A stretch of DNA of 64,000 nucleotides, taken from the human T2T-CHM13v2.0 reference genome, Homo sapiens. The DNA lies in assembly GCF_009914755.1 (NCBI RefSeq), contig NC_060937.1; one strand, given 5' to 3'. A model generated the notes under the pieces. It had not been told where the DNA came from and ran no database searches. It saw only the letters and a list, made by a program, of their open reading frames with translations. Shown piece by piece: positions 41,640 to 53,610 of the stretch. The number at the start of each line of letters is the position of its first letter. The stretch's first letter is position 1. Position numbers and translations under genes: made by a program.

Positions 41640-41770
41640 TGCAACTGAATGCTTAAGAAATTTGCACCAGGAGAACTACACTATAAAAATGCTTGTATGA
41701 ATTTTATGCTGAAGAAAAATGATACTAAAGAGAAACTAAAATTTGTAGAACTGAACAAAAGAACATTAGA
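40570..41770 (+). mobile_element. Old L1M/HAL1 ORF1-region remnant (interrupted by an Alu)
   Basis: A-rich; TAATGGCTGAGAAAT, GATAAATACAAAG, GAAGAGAAAATCTCAAAA, ATAAGAACGACAGCTGAC, AATATCCTTCAAAA as in L1 ORF1 DNA. Confidence 0.6.
41269..41550 (+). mobile_element. Alu (old S/J) whose tail has become a (TA)/(TG)/(CA) microsatellite to about 41640
   Basis: GGCCGGG...TGTAATCCCAGCACTTTGGGAGG...GAGACCCTGTCT followed by dinucleotide repeats. Confidence 0.92.
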
Positions 41771-41879
41771 AATAAGTCAGTATATGTATAGAAGATCTTA
41801 ATATTTTTTAAGATTAAATCAAGGGATACATGTAAAATAAAATGGTATGATGGGTTTTCACGTTTTAAAGCTATCAGGA

Positions 41880-42460
41880 AATACCTCACTGCTAAGAAAC
41901 ATTTTATTATAGGTCTAAAGTAAGTGAAGAAAAGTGTAATGAAGAACCAGACAGAAGATATCAGAGAGAAGAATTTTTTAACCAAAAGATAAGCAAAGAC
42001 CTGAGGCAAAATCATGTTTGAGATATTCAAGGATCAATAAAAAGTTGATGTAGCTGGTACAGATGAAGGAAGAAGAGAGTTGTGCAAGATGAGTACCATA
42101 TCATGTTCTAGAATATGATGAAAATTTGGCTTTTATTCTAAGTGTGATGAGGAGCTACTTCAAGTTTTGTACCATGAAGGGACATAGTATATTTGATATT
42201 TTAAAGGAATCGGTCTGGTTGCTGCAATGAGAATAGGATGTAGATAACCAGAGCAGTAGAGTGCTGGAAGTAGAGAACAGATGCAATGTTATCAAAATCT
42301 GAATATATTTTCAAGGAGAAGCCAACAGGAATTACAAATGAATTTGACACGAAGAGGAAAAGGATGAGAGAAAACAAGGATAACTTCAAAATTTTTTCCT
42401 TGGCAATTGTTAAATGCATTTGCTACTTCCTAAGGAGTCTGTAGGATGAAGACTTTGGGG
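41880..42460 (-). mobile_element. L2a fragment (resumes at about 43560-43940 after nested LTRs)
   Basis: GCAAAGACCTGAGGC...TTTGGCTTTTATTCTAAGTGTGATGAGGAGC...TTTTAAAGGAATC..CTGGTTGCTG. Confidence 0.7.
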
Positions 42461-42465
42461 GGTGT

Positions 42466-42973
42466 TTTGTTAGCATGCAGCAGAAAACAGATGGCATACT
42501 CAACTTGGGTAATTTGAAGAGAGTTTAATAAAGGAGTGAGATTATTTACCAAGTCTAGGAAAATCAAGAAAGATTTGTACAATACTCTGTGGGCTAATAA
42601 CTGTGATTAGGGGGGTGATTAGCATTATAAACCCTAAGTCTGAAGAGACAAAGAGAAGGAGCGGTCAACACAAATGACAGGGAAGACATCCCTAAGTAGA
42701 ACTGTCTGAAGAAAGCTGTGTTCTTCAATAAAGTGAACCAGCACATGCTGATCTTAGCAGGAGGGCTCCAAGGGAATAAATGTCCCAATCATAATCTCCT
42801 CTTACTCTCTAGACTTCATTCTTGTGCCTCTCATTATGCAAATTCAACTAAAAGCAGGAGGCAAAGGAAACTGTTGATTCTGTTAATATGGAATAAATTT
42901 TCTATGGTACAAAGCAAAAAGGAAAAATTGTGGAAAATGTATCCAAAGGAGTAAATTGAAGATATGCAACACA
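42466..42973 (-). mobile_element. LTR33-like ERVL LTR
   Basis: CAGCAGAAAACAGATGGCATACTCAACTTGGGTAATTTGAAGAGAGTTTAATAAAGG...; ends GAAGATATGCAACACA. Confidence 0.6.
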
Positions 42974-42984
42974 GGGGGAATATC

Positions 42985-43024
42985 AAGTTTGTTAGGTTTC
43001 TCCAGAACAGAACCAATAAGGGAG

Positions 43025-43072
<48 letters not shown>

Positions 43073-43550
43073 ACTTTTATTTATAATAAGGAACTGGCTT
43101 ACATGGTTATGGAAGCTGAGAAGTCCCAAGATCTGCAGTTGACTAGCTAGATAGAATTCCAGGAGAGCTAATGGTGTATTTTCAGTTCAAGTCTAATGGC
43201 CTGAGAACCAAAAGTAGTAATGGTATGAGTTTCAATGAAAATGTTGGCAGGCTCATGAACAAAAAAGAGCTGATGTTACAATAAAAGTCTGATGGCAAGA
43301 AAAGACCATGATCAACTTAAAGCAATAAAACAGAAGTTCCGTCTTAACTCATGGGAATTTCAGACTTTTTTTCTAGTCAGGCCTTCAATTAATTGGATGA
43401 TATGCTTTAAAAAGGGCAATCTGCTTTACTCATAAATTGATTCAAATATTAATCTCATTCAATAACACTCTCAACGAAATACCCAGAATAATGATCACCA
43501 ATTATCTGGGCACTCTGTGGCCAAGTTAATTCAACACATTAAATCAACAC
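42985..43550 (-). mobile_element. MLT2B-type ERVL LTR with internal (CA)n at about 43027-43070
   Basis: TTCTCCAGAACAGAACCAATAAG...GGAAGCTGAGAAGTCCCAAGATCTGCAG...GGGCAATCTGCTTTACTCA...ACCCAGAATAATG. Confidence 0.8.
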
Positions 43551-44037
43551 AAAGAATCAACTATGAGGTGGAAAAGTAGAAATGTTTAGTAGCTTGGGGT
43601 TGAAGAGAAAGGTTAGGACAAGTAATATGAATTAGAGAATGGGCAGCCTATATGTGACACACAAAACCACGTGACAGGATGTGTATTTCTAATTAAAGAC
43701 TCATGCCTAGCTCATTCTACGACTAGGTAAAAAAATGAAAAGAAACAAGCAAGTCTGACTGAAAATAATTACTTGTTGAGGTAGGAGTGCCATAAAAGAG
43801 TTTTACTTTTTGAGTCAAGTTAAGAGTGATTCAAGAAGGAGGGAATTAATCAAATGTGTTGAATACTGCTTGTAGGTTTATTGGGCTGAGACCTAAGAAA
43901 TGACTACTAGTTTTGTCATTATAGCAATAATTTTACTGAACGGTATCCAGTCTCTGATCTGATCTTGCAAAACATTCCCAAACATCTCCAAAATTGTCAG
44001 TTCTAGGATACTGGATACTGGACTTGTACTTCCTTGC

Positions 44038-44185
44038 TTTTTTTCTTTTTCTTTTTTTTTTTTGTTTTTTGAGTCAGAGTCTCACTTTGTTGCTCAGGCT
44101 GGAGGGCAATGGTGCAGTCATGGCTCACTGCAGCCTCAGCCTCTTGTGCTCAAGTGATCCTCCTACCTCAGCCTCCCAAGTAGCT
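44038..44185 (-). mobile_element. AluJ right-arm fragment
   Basis: T-rich tail, CAGTCATGGCTCACTGCAGCCTC...CTCAAGTGATCCTCC; stops at CCCAAGTAGCT. Confidence 0.85.
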
Positions 44186-44204
44186 CCCTGCAAACATGAG
44201 TATA

Positions 44205-44556
44205 TGTATTAGTCCATTTTCATACTGCTATGAGACTGGGTAAGTTATAAAGAAAAAGAGGTTTAATGGACTCACAGTTCCACATGGCTGGGGAGGCCTC
44301 ACAATCGTGGTAGAAGGCAAAGAAGGAGCAGAAGTACATCTTATGTGACAAGAGGCAAGAAAGTGTATGTAGAGGAACTGCCCTTTATAAAACCATGAGA
44401 TATCATGAGAATTATTCACTCTCATGAGAACAGTACAGGAAAAACCCGCCCCCATGACTCAATTACCTCCCACCAGGTCCCTCCCATGACACATGGGGAT
44501 TATGAGAGCTACAATTCAGCATGTGATTTGGGTGGGGACACAGGCAAACCATATCG
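44205..44556 (-). mobile_element. THE1 (THE1C-like) MaLR solo LTR
   Basis: TGTATTAGTCCATTTTCATACTGCT...GGACTCACAGTTCCACATGGCTGGGGAGGCCTCACAATC...GGGTGGGGACACAG.CAAACCATATC; 5-bp TSD GTATA/GTGTA. Confidence 0.92.
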
Positions 44557-46312
44557 GTGTAGTCTCATGGGAAATACCATATCGTAAACTGTCTTATGGA
44601 AAAAACAATATCATAAACTGTGGAGACATATGACTATTAGTTTTCTTCCTTTCTTTTGAAGTTTTGCATATGGAACATGCAAGCATATGATGGGTCTACA
44701 GTCTGCCTACTCATGCTTTGAAGGTGATTCATACAAATCTCAATGTATAGTCCTCCTATTCATCCTGCCACACGTCTTCCCTACTTATTTTTGTTTAATG
44801 GTAAAAGAAAGTGGAAATAAAATTCATTCTCTGTTAGGGCCAAAGCCAAAGTGGTATCTATGACACTATTTTGAACACTCAATTACATATATTAAACTAA
44901 CTGTTGTGAGAATTATTCTGTATTTTATGGTATATAAATGTCAGTTACAAGTGTTATGCATAATTTTAAATTTTGATTATTTATAATGAGATCTCTCATG
45001 AGTTTTTGAATTCCTCAATTATTTTAGTAATTTTGTATTCATGAACAACTACCAAACATTTAGCTTATTCTCCATAATATGAAAAACTCCTTTCAAGACA
45101 CTTATATTGGTGCCTTTTTTCCCCACAAAATCTGCAGCAGTTGGAAATTTTAATTAATATTTCAAGTCACTTTCTCACAATCTGTATGTATAGCAAACAA
45201 AGCAGTATCCTTCCTGATTGAATATTTAGATTTAGTCCTTCACAAGAAACTTATCCAAGGAAATTTATTTCTTCTTGGTCATATATTCAGTAACAGTTCC
45301 TTGTAACTACTATAATTAAATATCCCTCTTAAAATTCTGTGTTGCCTTTCTTAAAATTTTCAATCATTGGTCATGAACAACTCCAGGAGAGCAATATTAC
45401 CTCTCATTCTTTTTTTCTGATTTGTCTAACTGGTCTCCTACTGATTCAGATTTTGATTTCCTTTCACTGTATCATGAATCCCCCTGGAAAAAAAGAGTAT
45501 GCAAAGTTTGCATATTTGTTTCTATTCATCACAGTGCATGATTCAATTGTTTTGACAAGATACTACTCATTAAAAATAGGATAAATGTGTAAATTAGGTC
45601 AATCTACCACATTATAATTATTTATTCATTAAATGAAATAGAAAATATGCATTTAATGATGTTCTTTTTTTTAGTTCTAAATAGCTAGAGGTCAGGGATA
45701 ATGTTTTACTTTGTCTTTTGTTAGAATATCTGATGCAGAGTTGACACTAACAATGTCAGTTGATTTCATTTGAATTCATCATACAATTGGATTGAAATTC
45801 TGATTATTATTCTCATGTAGTCCAGATAAAGAAATGGAAGGAGTATTTCTTCTATTTCTTTTCAAATATATAAAAAGTGCTGATTTGGGACTAAAAAGCT
45901 TCTATTTTATTAAGTAGAAAAAATTTAAATCATGCTTCAACATCTTCTACAGTAGTGATTATAAACTTCTTAAGAAGTCACTGATACCTTGGAGGATGTG
46001 GCACAAACCTAAAGGCCTTCTCCCTTATAAATATAAAGTTGGATTCCAGAGCCTTCCCAAACCTTAACTTCTAGTATCCAAGGACTATGAAAAGAATCCT
46101 GATCTAAAAAAATATATAAAGTGATCCAGATATGTTATTTCTATCTATAAATGAGGAAACCATGTTTCAGTGATATAATCCTAATAATCCCAAAGCTTAC
46201 TAATAGTAATTATTATTGTTACGTCTGTAGTATGGTGTAAGGTAAATAGTAATGAATTTGAAGTTACTTTTCCTACATTCAGTTGAATTGACACTGTTTA
46301 AAGACTTTATTC

Positions 46313-46459
46313 AATGTTAAATGATGAGTTAATGGGTGCAGCACAACAGCATGGCACATGTATACATATGTAACTAACCTGCACATTGTGCACATGTACC
46401 CTAAAACTTAAAGTATAATAATAATAAAATAAAATAAATAAAAATAAATAAATTTAAAA
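46313..46459 (+). mobile_element. Severely 5'-truncated young L1PA (L1PA3/4-like) insertion
   Basis: GGGTGCAGCAC..CAGCATGGCACATGTATACATATGTAACTAACCTGCACATTGTGCACATGTACCCTAAAACTTAAAGTATAATAA plus A-rich tail; TSD AAAG(A/G)CTTTATTC. Confidence 0.92.
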
Positions 46460-49400
46460 AAAGGCTTTATTCTTCTTTGGCTCAGATTATTGTCCCACAT
46501 ATTAGACATTGCACAGATAATGGCACATTCTATGTACTTAGAAAATATGTACATTCTATTATTATTTTCTTAATTTCTATAAGTGACAGGTTATAAACTA
46601 AAATTACTAAGTTTAATAATTTATTGATTAATAACATTTTCTCCTAGTTCAATGTGTGTATTTCAATTTTATTTTCAACTTTTGTTTTTTTGTTTTAACC
46701 TAATTTTAGATTAATATTTTAAATATTTAGCTTCATATGTACTATATGATTAGTGAGATTCATTATTGGGATTAATAAATTACATGACTATGCTTAGGAC
46801 ACAATTCTATGTCATTTACTTTTAAAAAACATTTTCTTCTCTCGAAGTTGACATTAAAAAATTATCAGGATCATACAACTTCAGGCAAACAAAACTAATT
46901 TTATTAGTTACTTATTATTATTTTAATTTTTTCCTGATAATACATAAGCATTTTTGTGATTTATAAATTCATATATATTTTCAATATTTTTGTTTTTATT
47001 TTTCCTCTTTGTCCATAATTAAAAATCAAGCAATATTGAAAACTTAAGATATAGTAATATAACATTTTATGGAAATCAATGATACTTACAATAAAGTTTA
47101 GACAGTATGCAAATTTAGATATTAAAGACTAAATTCTACACATACTATATTTTTCTAATTATTTTCATATGAAAAAATAGAAATATTTACATGTTTATCA
47201 GGGTTACCCTAAACATGCGTGATTATGACCAAACTGTGGCTGTGCAAAGATCAAACACATAATTATGCATTACAAAAAATTGGGTGAAACATACAGTGTG
47301 ATGTTATATTATATATATATTACATTCAAAATTATTCAAATGTATACATAACGTGATAATCTACAATAAAACATAAAAGACAAAAATTTGGAATATCTGT
47401 GAAAAGTTATCAAGAATATCAGTATCATTCTTGAAATTAGCTTTAGTGTGTATATTGATGTTTGTTCTATGTCTTTATATTTTACATATGCATCAAGTAT
47501 ATTCTTTGTTATGCATGAAATATATTATTAAAGTGTAATAAAAAGCTGCAAAAGCTCAATTTTAAATTGAGACAAAATACATCTCATGTAAAACTTCTTC
47601 CATATGCACAGCAATATATTTGGAAATTAATTGTATTTGGCTCATACTTAGTGTTTTTGTATTTATCAAATTAAATAAAGAATAACACTTAGGTATAATT
47701 TCAGTATTGTTTTTGTAAATGCCTGCTTTCAATCATATAGAAAATTACCCCTGAAAAATTCCTATGATTTCCAATGCATGTTCGTACCAACGAATTTTTC
47801 TCTACTCAGGAAATACACCTTTTCACAACATTATTATGTTAGTTTAATTATCCCTATACATATTATTATAATGAAAACCTATTTTAAAAGGTTTCATTTC
47901 TTTGAAGACAGCCACTTTTTTGAAACACTGTTGTCAGATTATAGAAAAAGATATTTTCTTTTTAAATGTTATACTGTACACTGAATTTTTATCATGTTAA
48001 ATATTAAATTAATTAGTTTAAAGAATATTTAAATTTTTACTAATTTTAATTTTTTAATTATAAAAAAGTTCATATATGGAGCAAATGGATAGCAAGTTAT
48101 TTCTTTGACCGTAACAAAATTGTAGAAAATCTTGACATATTTTGGAAAATAATGTTTTTTCCCTTTAAAATATAATGTGCAGAGATTTTCTATTTTATTT
48201 AAAAATTATTTGAGAGAATTAATTATGTCACTGCAAAACATGGGCTTTGTTTGAAGAGTACTTAGAGTTTTGTTAATTTAAAAATTTCTACAACTTAAAA
48301 AAATCCTTTTTATCTATGCAAGCACACAGTTGGCAGGTCTAGGTAAATGACAAGATTATGTATAATGTTTAAAATGCATTGTATTGCAAACAAAAAAAGG
48401 TTTCCATTCATGTAATTATGAATATCTAACTAGAAAATTAAAACTCACTCAGCATTTTGACAATGTTCTATGCATGTCACTGAGGAAGATATGAAGATTG
48501 ATTAAAAGAATTAATCTCTCAGAGAGTGAAATATTTAATATAAATTTAAAGTGCCTCTAAATGGCCCAGTGATGTTTGCCAATCATTCTATTTATTCGTA
48601 TTAAGCTGCATAGTTTCCACATTAGTACCTAATTCAAACCTTTTATCACCACCCTTAAAAGCCTACTCCAAGTCTTTTACTTTAGCATACAACTTTAGTT
48701 CCTGATTTATTTTTGGGTGCAAAGTAATGATTTATGTTTACTCAACTTCCCTATTTTCTGCCTAATTTTTTTGATACCTTACATCCATCTTGTAATTCTG
48801 ATACATCTTCTCTTGTCTACTTTCTCCCTAGGCTTTTAAAGGCGAATTCTTTTACTATTTTAAAAAATCACTTATCACTTTACCCCAGTAGGTTTTTGAT
48901 TAGATAATTTTCTTTATCATGGATTTTCCTTTCTTTCTATTGTATCTTTCATTCTAGACAAAACTCAGGCCCTCATGTCTACAAACTCTTCATATTCCTA
49001 TGTGTACAAGGTGCCTCCACACATTTCTCATCTCCTCTGTAAATCACTATAAGCTATTTTCTTGTCCTTATTTTCTTGCTAAAATTCCTGTCTTATGAGC
49101 TACAGCTAAGTGTGTGAAATTAAGAAAAAAATGGTGGATATATGGATGATGAAATGGAGAATCATAGACAATAAAGGTGTCTGAATATTTATTATGACAA
49201 ATGTATTAACCAAATATGCATTCAGAAACTAACTCCCATGATTTCTAGTTGGGCGAAGTAAGCTAAACCACAGTTTCCTTTTCTAAAAGAATAAATTAAT
49301 ACTAGCTACTTTGCTGCTTTTTTGTCAGTTAATTAAAACAATGCATGTAAAGATCTTATCACAGTGCCTACCAAATAATAAGCATTATTTCAATGTAGTT

Positions 49401-52274
49401 GATCACATATATAAAACATACACGTGTGTTGGCTGTATATATGTGTATATATATTATATAGTGTGTGTGTATAATCTTAAGACTATGGAATTTTTAAAAC
49501 ATATTTTGTTGGTATTACCTAACTGAAATGAGAACTTATTTAAGTTAAAAGCACAATATTCATTGTCTCCAGAATAAATAATAAATACATTTGTTTCTAT
49601 TAATGCTTATATTAAATCCGCATTTCTACATACAGAAATAAGTTATTAACTGTTATTGGGAGAAAATCATATCTTTTTATCCATATAATAAACAAACTTA
49701 AATGCTGCCTTATTGTGTGATTTTCAAGAATGGTAAATTCCTGCATTAACCTTTTTTAGAAATTATGTACCATGTTTTTATATTTTATTGCTGCATATAG
49801 TTATGAATGAAAGGATTTCTTGTCAAAAAGAGAGAAATACGTGAGAATTTACATTTAACTAGACATATAGGTGTTAATTTTTTTAATTTTTAAAATATTG
49901 ATGCTGTATCCTCACTTTATTTTATCATTAAGGAGAATATGTCTCTATGACCATAATTTTTCCTGCATGTAAGATTATAGCAGAAAAGGCAGTTTCCTAT
50001 ATAGGCCAGTGGACAGGGTAATTGCAGTCAAATATTACAAGGTCACGATATGGCACTTCTAACACAGGACTCATTATTTACAATCATAATGAGTCCATCT
50101 GCAATAGTCATGGTATTATATTTTCCAAGTTCCATTACAGGCATGTGTATTAAATTCCATAGGTACATCATAATTTAGAAATCTAGTTTGTAATATGGCA
50201 ATGTAGAAGAAAGGCCGTTTGTAAGTCAAATTGTATGAATTATTATGAAAATTTATTTAATCTGTGACTACAGTATTACAAAATGATACATGTCTTGGTA
50301 CCATGCATTTTGGCTTTTATTCATAAGTGTTAGCTATACTAGTAGAAACAAAGAAATCAGGAGTTAGTGTCAAATCATCCATGGATTCTTTACTATTTTG
50401 GGATCACAAAACTGTGTCTCTCATAAAAGCTATCTATAATCTTTGAATTAAAATTCAGGCATGCATAAGAAAAGATAGTTTTCCCCAGGCTGGCATAAGC
50501 AATGGTAGAAAGGGAACCACAGAATTTTATGTGCACCTAGAACCTCTCCATGCATAAATGCACAGATGCACACAAACATACACACACACACACACATACA
50601 CACACCAGCAATATTTTCTGCCTTAAAGATTTCCAGAGCTAAAAGCATTCTCCCTTTCCTTCTATTTCTGGTCATATCAGTCAGCACAAAAACTTGAGCT
50701 CCCTCCCATTCATGAGAATCCATTCCCACATGACTTTTGGTCAAGTCTTCACTTTCTCTCTCCTCCAAGAGTGTCCAAACTGCCTTCCCTGTAAACAAGA
50801 TATAAGAAATAATCCTGCCCCACAGTGAGGTTGTAGTTTTGTTCTTTTTGTGTAATACAACCCTCAACATTCTGTGTAACTCTTCTGTGTAGTAAAGTCT
50901 TTCAAAGGTCTGAGGATTGGCTGGATAATTTGCTATTTTATTGATCTCATAGGCCATACAGCCAAGTAAACTCATCCTGAGAATTTTACTTTACTGAAAT
51001 TGGGTGCCATTAAGCCAAAGGTTAGTCTTTGTGATTGTTTTCATTGAGGATTTCCTGTTTTCTAAATACCACCTGAGGGTCATGCCATAATTGCTAAGAT
51101 TAGTTTTTCATTTCTAAGGCCTTCATTTTGATGACCTGATGCCCACCAGTAAGCAGAGAAATACAGTCTCATTTTTAGAGAAGATTTTATGGACAAGGGT
51201 GGAGGCTCTCATTTCAAGCAGAAGCATTGTAAGGGAAGCTACATTTATTTAAATTATAAATTTGAATTTCATTTTGTACTGCAACAGAAGCCAATCAATC
51301 TTCACAGGCAACAAAGAGTGTGAAGTGTATATGATGGAATCAGCATTTAAATGTGATGCAGTTTTATAGAAGCACTTGTTTTAAGAGCTCCGAAAGACTG
51401 ATTAACTAAAAGCGCTTTATGTGAAAGTATTTAGCTTCAGTAAGTTTTACATGGGCTACAATCTACGTATTATATGTGCTTAAGAAAGCAAATTTGACAG
51501 ATGCATAATAAAAGATATTGTAAAATGCATATTTCCTTGTGATAGAATCTAACGCGGGTTATCAGAAGTCAGCTTATTATCTCTAAACAAAGCATAAATA
51601 TTGAAAATTATTACAGACTACAAAGTGGAGATAATTCATTTTTCTATATATGCTGTACAAAATACATAAAATAGATTATGTTTTAACTATGCAATTTCTT
51701 TGCATAGTTTTTTTCTGAATTAGCTTTAGTCTCTTAAATCTGGGTAGTGAAGCCTTGGAGGCCATAAGGACCCAGAATAGTCAATCAAAATCAGATATGA
51801 AGTTGCATGGTACCCTCACACTCAACCTCAGGCTCCACATGGAAAATGACCCTCTTCCTGTGTACCCAGAGCCTGGAAATAAATGCAGACAGAATGCAGC
51901 CTTGGTAGACAAGTGAAGTTTAAGTAAACAGGAACTATTTACCTGTCACTGAAAAGCCATGCTTTTTTTTTTTTTTTTGTACTATAGGCAGGTCAGGACT
52001 TAGGATTACAAAAGTTCAATCAGTTATTACAATTAAGGATTTCTAGTATTTCGATCAACTGGACACTATGAGTGAGAATGTATCCACTAAAACAATTAGT
52101 GTAGTGTACTTAAAATGTAAGAGTAAAATTAAATTACAAATTAACATTGAAATTAAAATGTGTGTTATTATGAAGCCAATGTTTACCCTTAATTATTATT
52201 ATAATTTTTAAATATTAATTTTCCTACTCCAATACATTACATATATGCTGAATTTTAGGCACCATGCTTGCAGC

Positions 52275-52460
52275 AAATGAGAATCAGGCATCTGAAGATT
52301 GCCTTTATTTCTCATTACTACTTAAATGGCTTAAGGCAAATTACTTAACATTAATCTGAACCTCAGCTTCCTCATCTATACCATGGAATGACAATAATTA
52401 TAAAATAAATAAATATATTTAAAATTAAATTTAAGTACTTATGAGGTACTTAGCATACAG
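52275..52460 (+). mobile_element. MIR
   Basis: GGCAAATTACTTAAC...TCTGAACCTCAGCTTCCTCATCTATA; ends GTACTTAGCATACAG. Confidence 0.7.
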
Positions 52461-53100
52461 ACTCCTCTGTTATGTGAGGAGCTCTCATTCTATAAGTTTT
52501 GACAAAAGACAGGGACCAACCTTCTTCCAAAGAAGTGACATCAAACCAGTTATTTTTTTCTCCACAATCCTGGAATCTAAGGTGTGAGTACATGCATTAG
52601 TTTTGATCTTCCAGATATTTACACCTGGGTGGGACTTTGCATACTGAATGTCAATGACTCAGGAGCAAGTTAGAAAACTCTTACAGTGGCAAGGACTGTG
52701 AGACATATCCAGGAGGAGCTGGAGGAGTGGACTCGGCAATCCATCTGTGACAGAAGTGGTATCCAAAGTTGGGTGCCTTTTGGTATGATTTTTGATCCTC
52801 ACGCTGCCTCACTTCTGTTAACTTCTGTATATTTTCTAAGACTATTCATGAATCATCTAATGTCCTTCAAAAAATCATTCTGCTAAAAACCTTCAAGTCT
52901 ATTCCTGTTTGCAACTATGAACCATAACTGACATATTTGGTCTTCAGAGTGCAGTGAGAAAGATAAAAGATAAAGAAACTCTTAATACTCTTTGATATGA
53001 TTTTATGTGAAATATTGTAGTTTTATTTTAAACAGTTTTGTTCAACTATAACCCGTCTAACTTCTTACATTTAGTGAGTTTCTCCCCTATTTAGAGACTG

Positions 53101-53610
53101 TGTATTAGTTTTCAATAGTTGCTGTAACAAATTGCCACAAATTTAGTGACTTAACACAAATTTATTACTTTAATTTTTGAAGGAAAGAAATCTGAAATGC
53201 ATCTCCCTAGGCTAAAATTAAAGCATCAGCAAGGTTGCATTTTTTTCTGGAGGTTGTAGGGGTGAATCCATTTTCTTCCCCTTTTCAACTTCTAGAAGCT
53301 ACCATATTCTTTAGCTCATTAACCTCTTTATCCATCTTCAAAGCCCAACTACAGCAGGTTGAGTTCTACTCACATTGCATCACCCTAATTTCCTCTTCTG
53401 CTCCTTTCCTCCACATTTCAGAATCTTTGTGATTACATTCAATTTTTTTCAGATAATTCAATATCATCTCCAAATTTTAAGGTTAATTGACTAGCAACTT
53501 TAATTCCATCTGCTACATTAATACCTCTTTATCATGAAAAGTAGCATATTCACATGTTCCAGGGATTCGAATATGGATATCTCTGGAGGACCATTATACT
53601 GACTACTATA
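53101..53610 (-). mobile_element. MLT1D-type MaLR solo LTR
   Basis: TGTATTAGTTTTC...TGCTGTAACAAATTGCCACAAATTTAGTGACTTAA...TTAATTCCATCTGC...TTCCAGGGATT... Confidence 0.8.

Noticed and set aside
41269-44185. Inverted Alu pair as a dsRNA/editing substrate
   Set aside because: About 2.5 kb apart, one is a short diverged fragment, and no host transcript is evident.
51685-51709. 10-bp inverted repeat AACTATGCAA-N5-TTGCATAGTT
   Set aside because: Short and AT-rich; plausible by chance in this composition.
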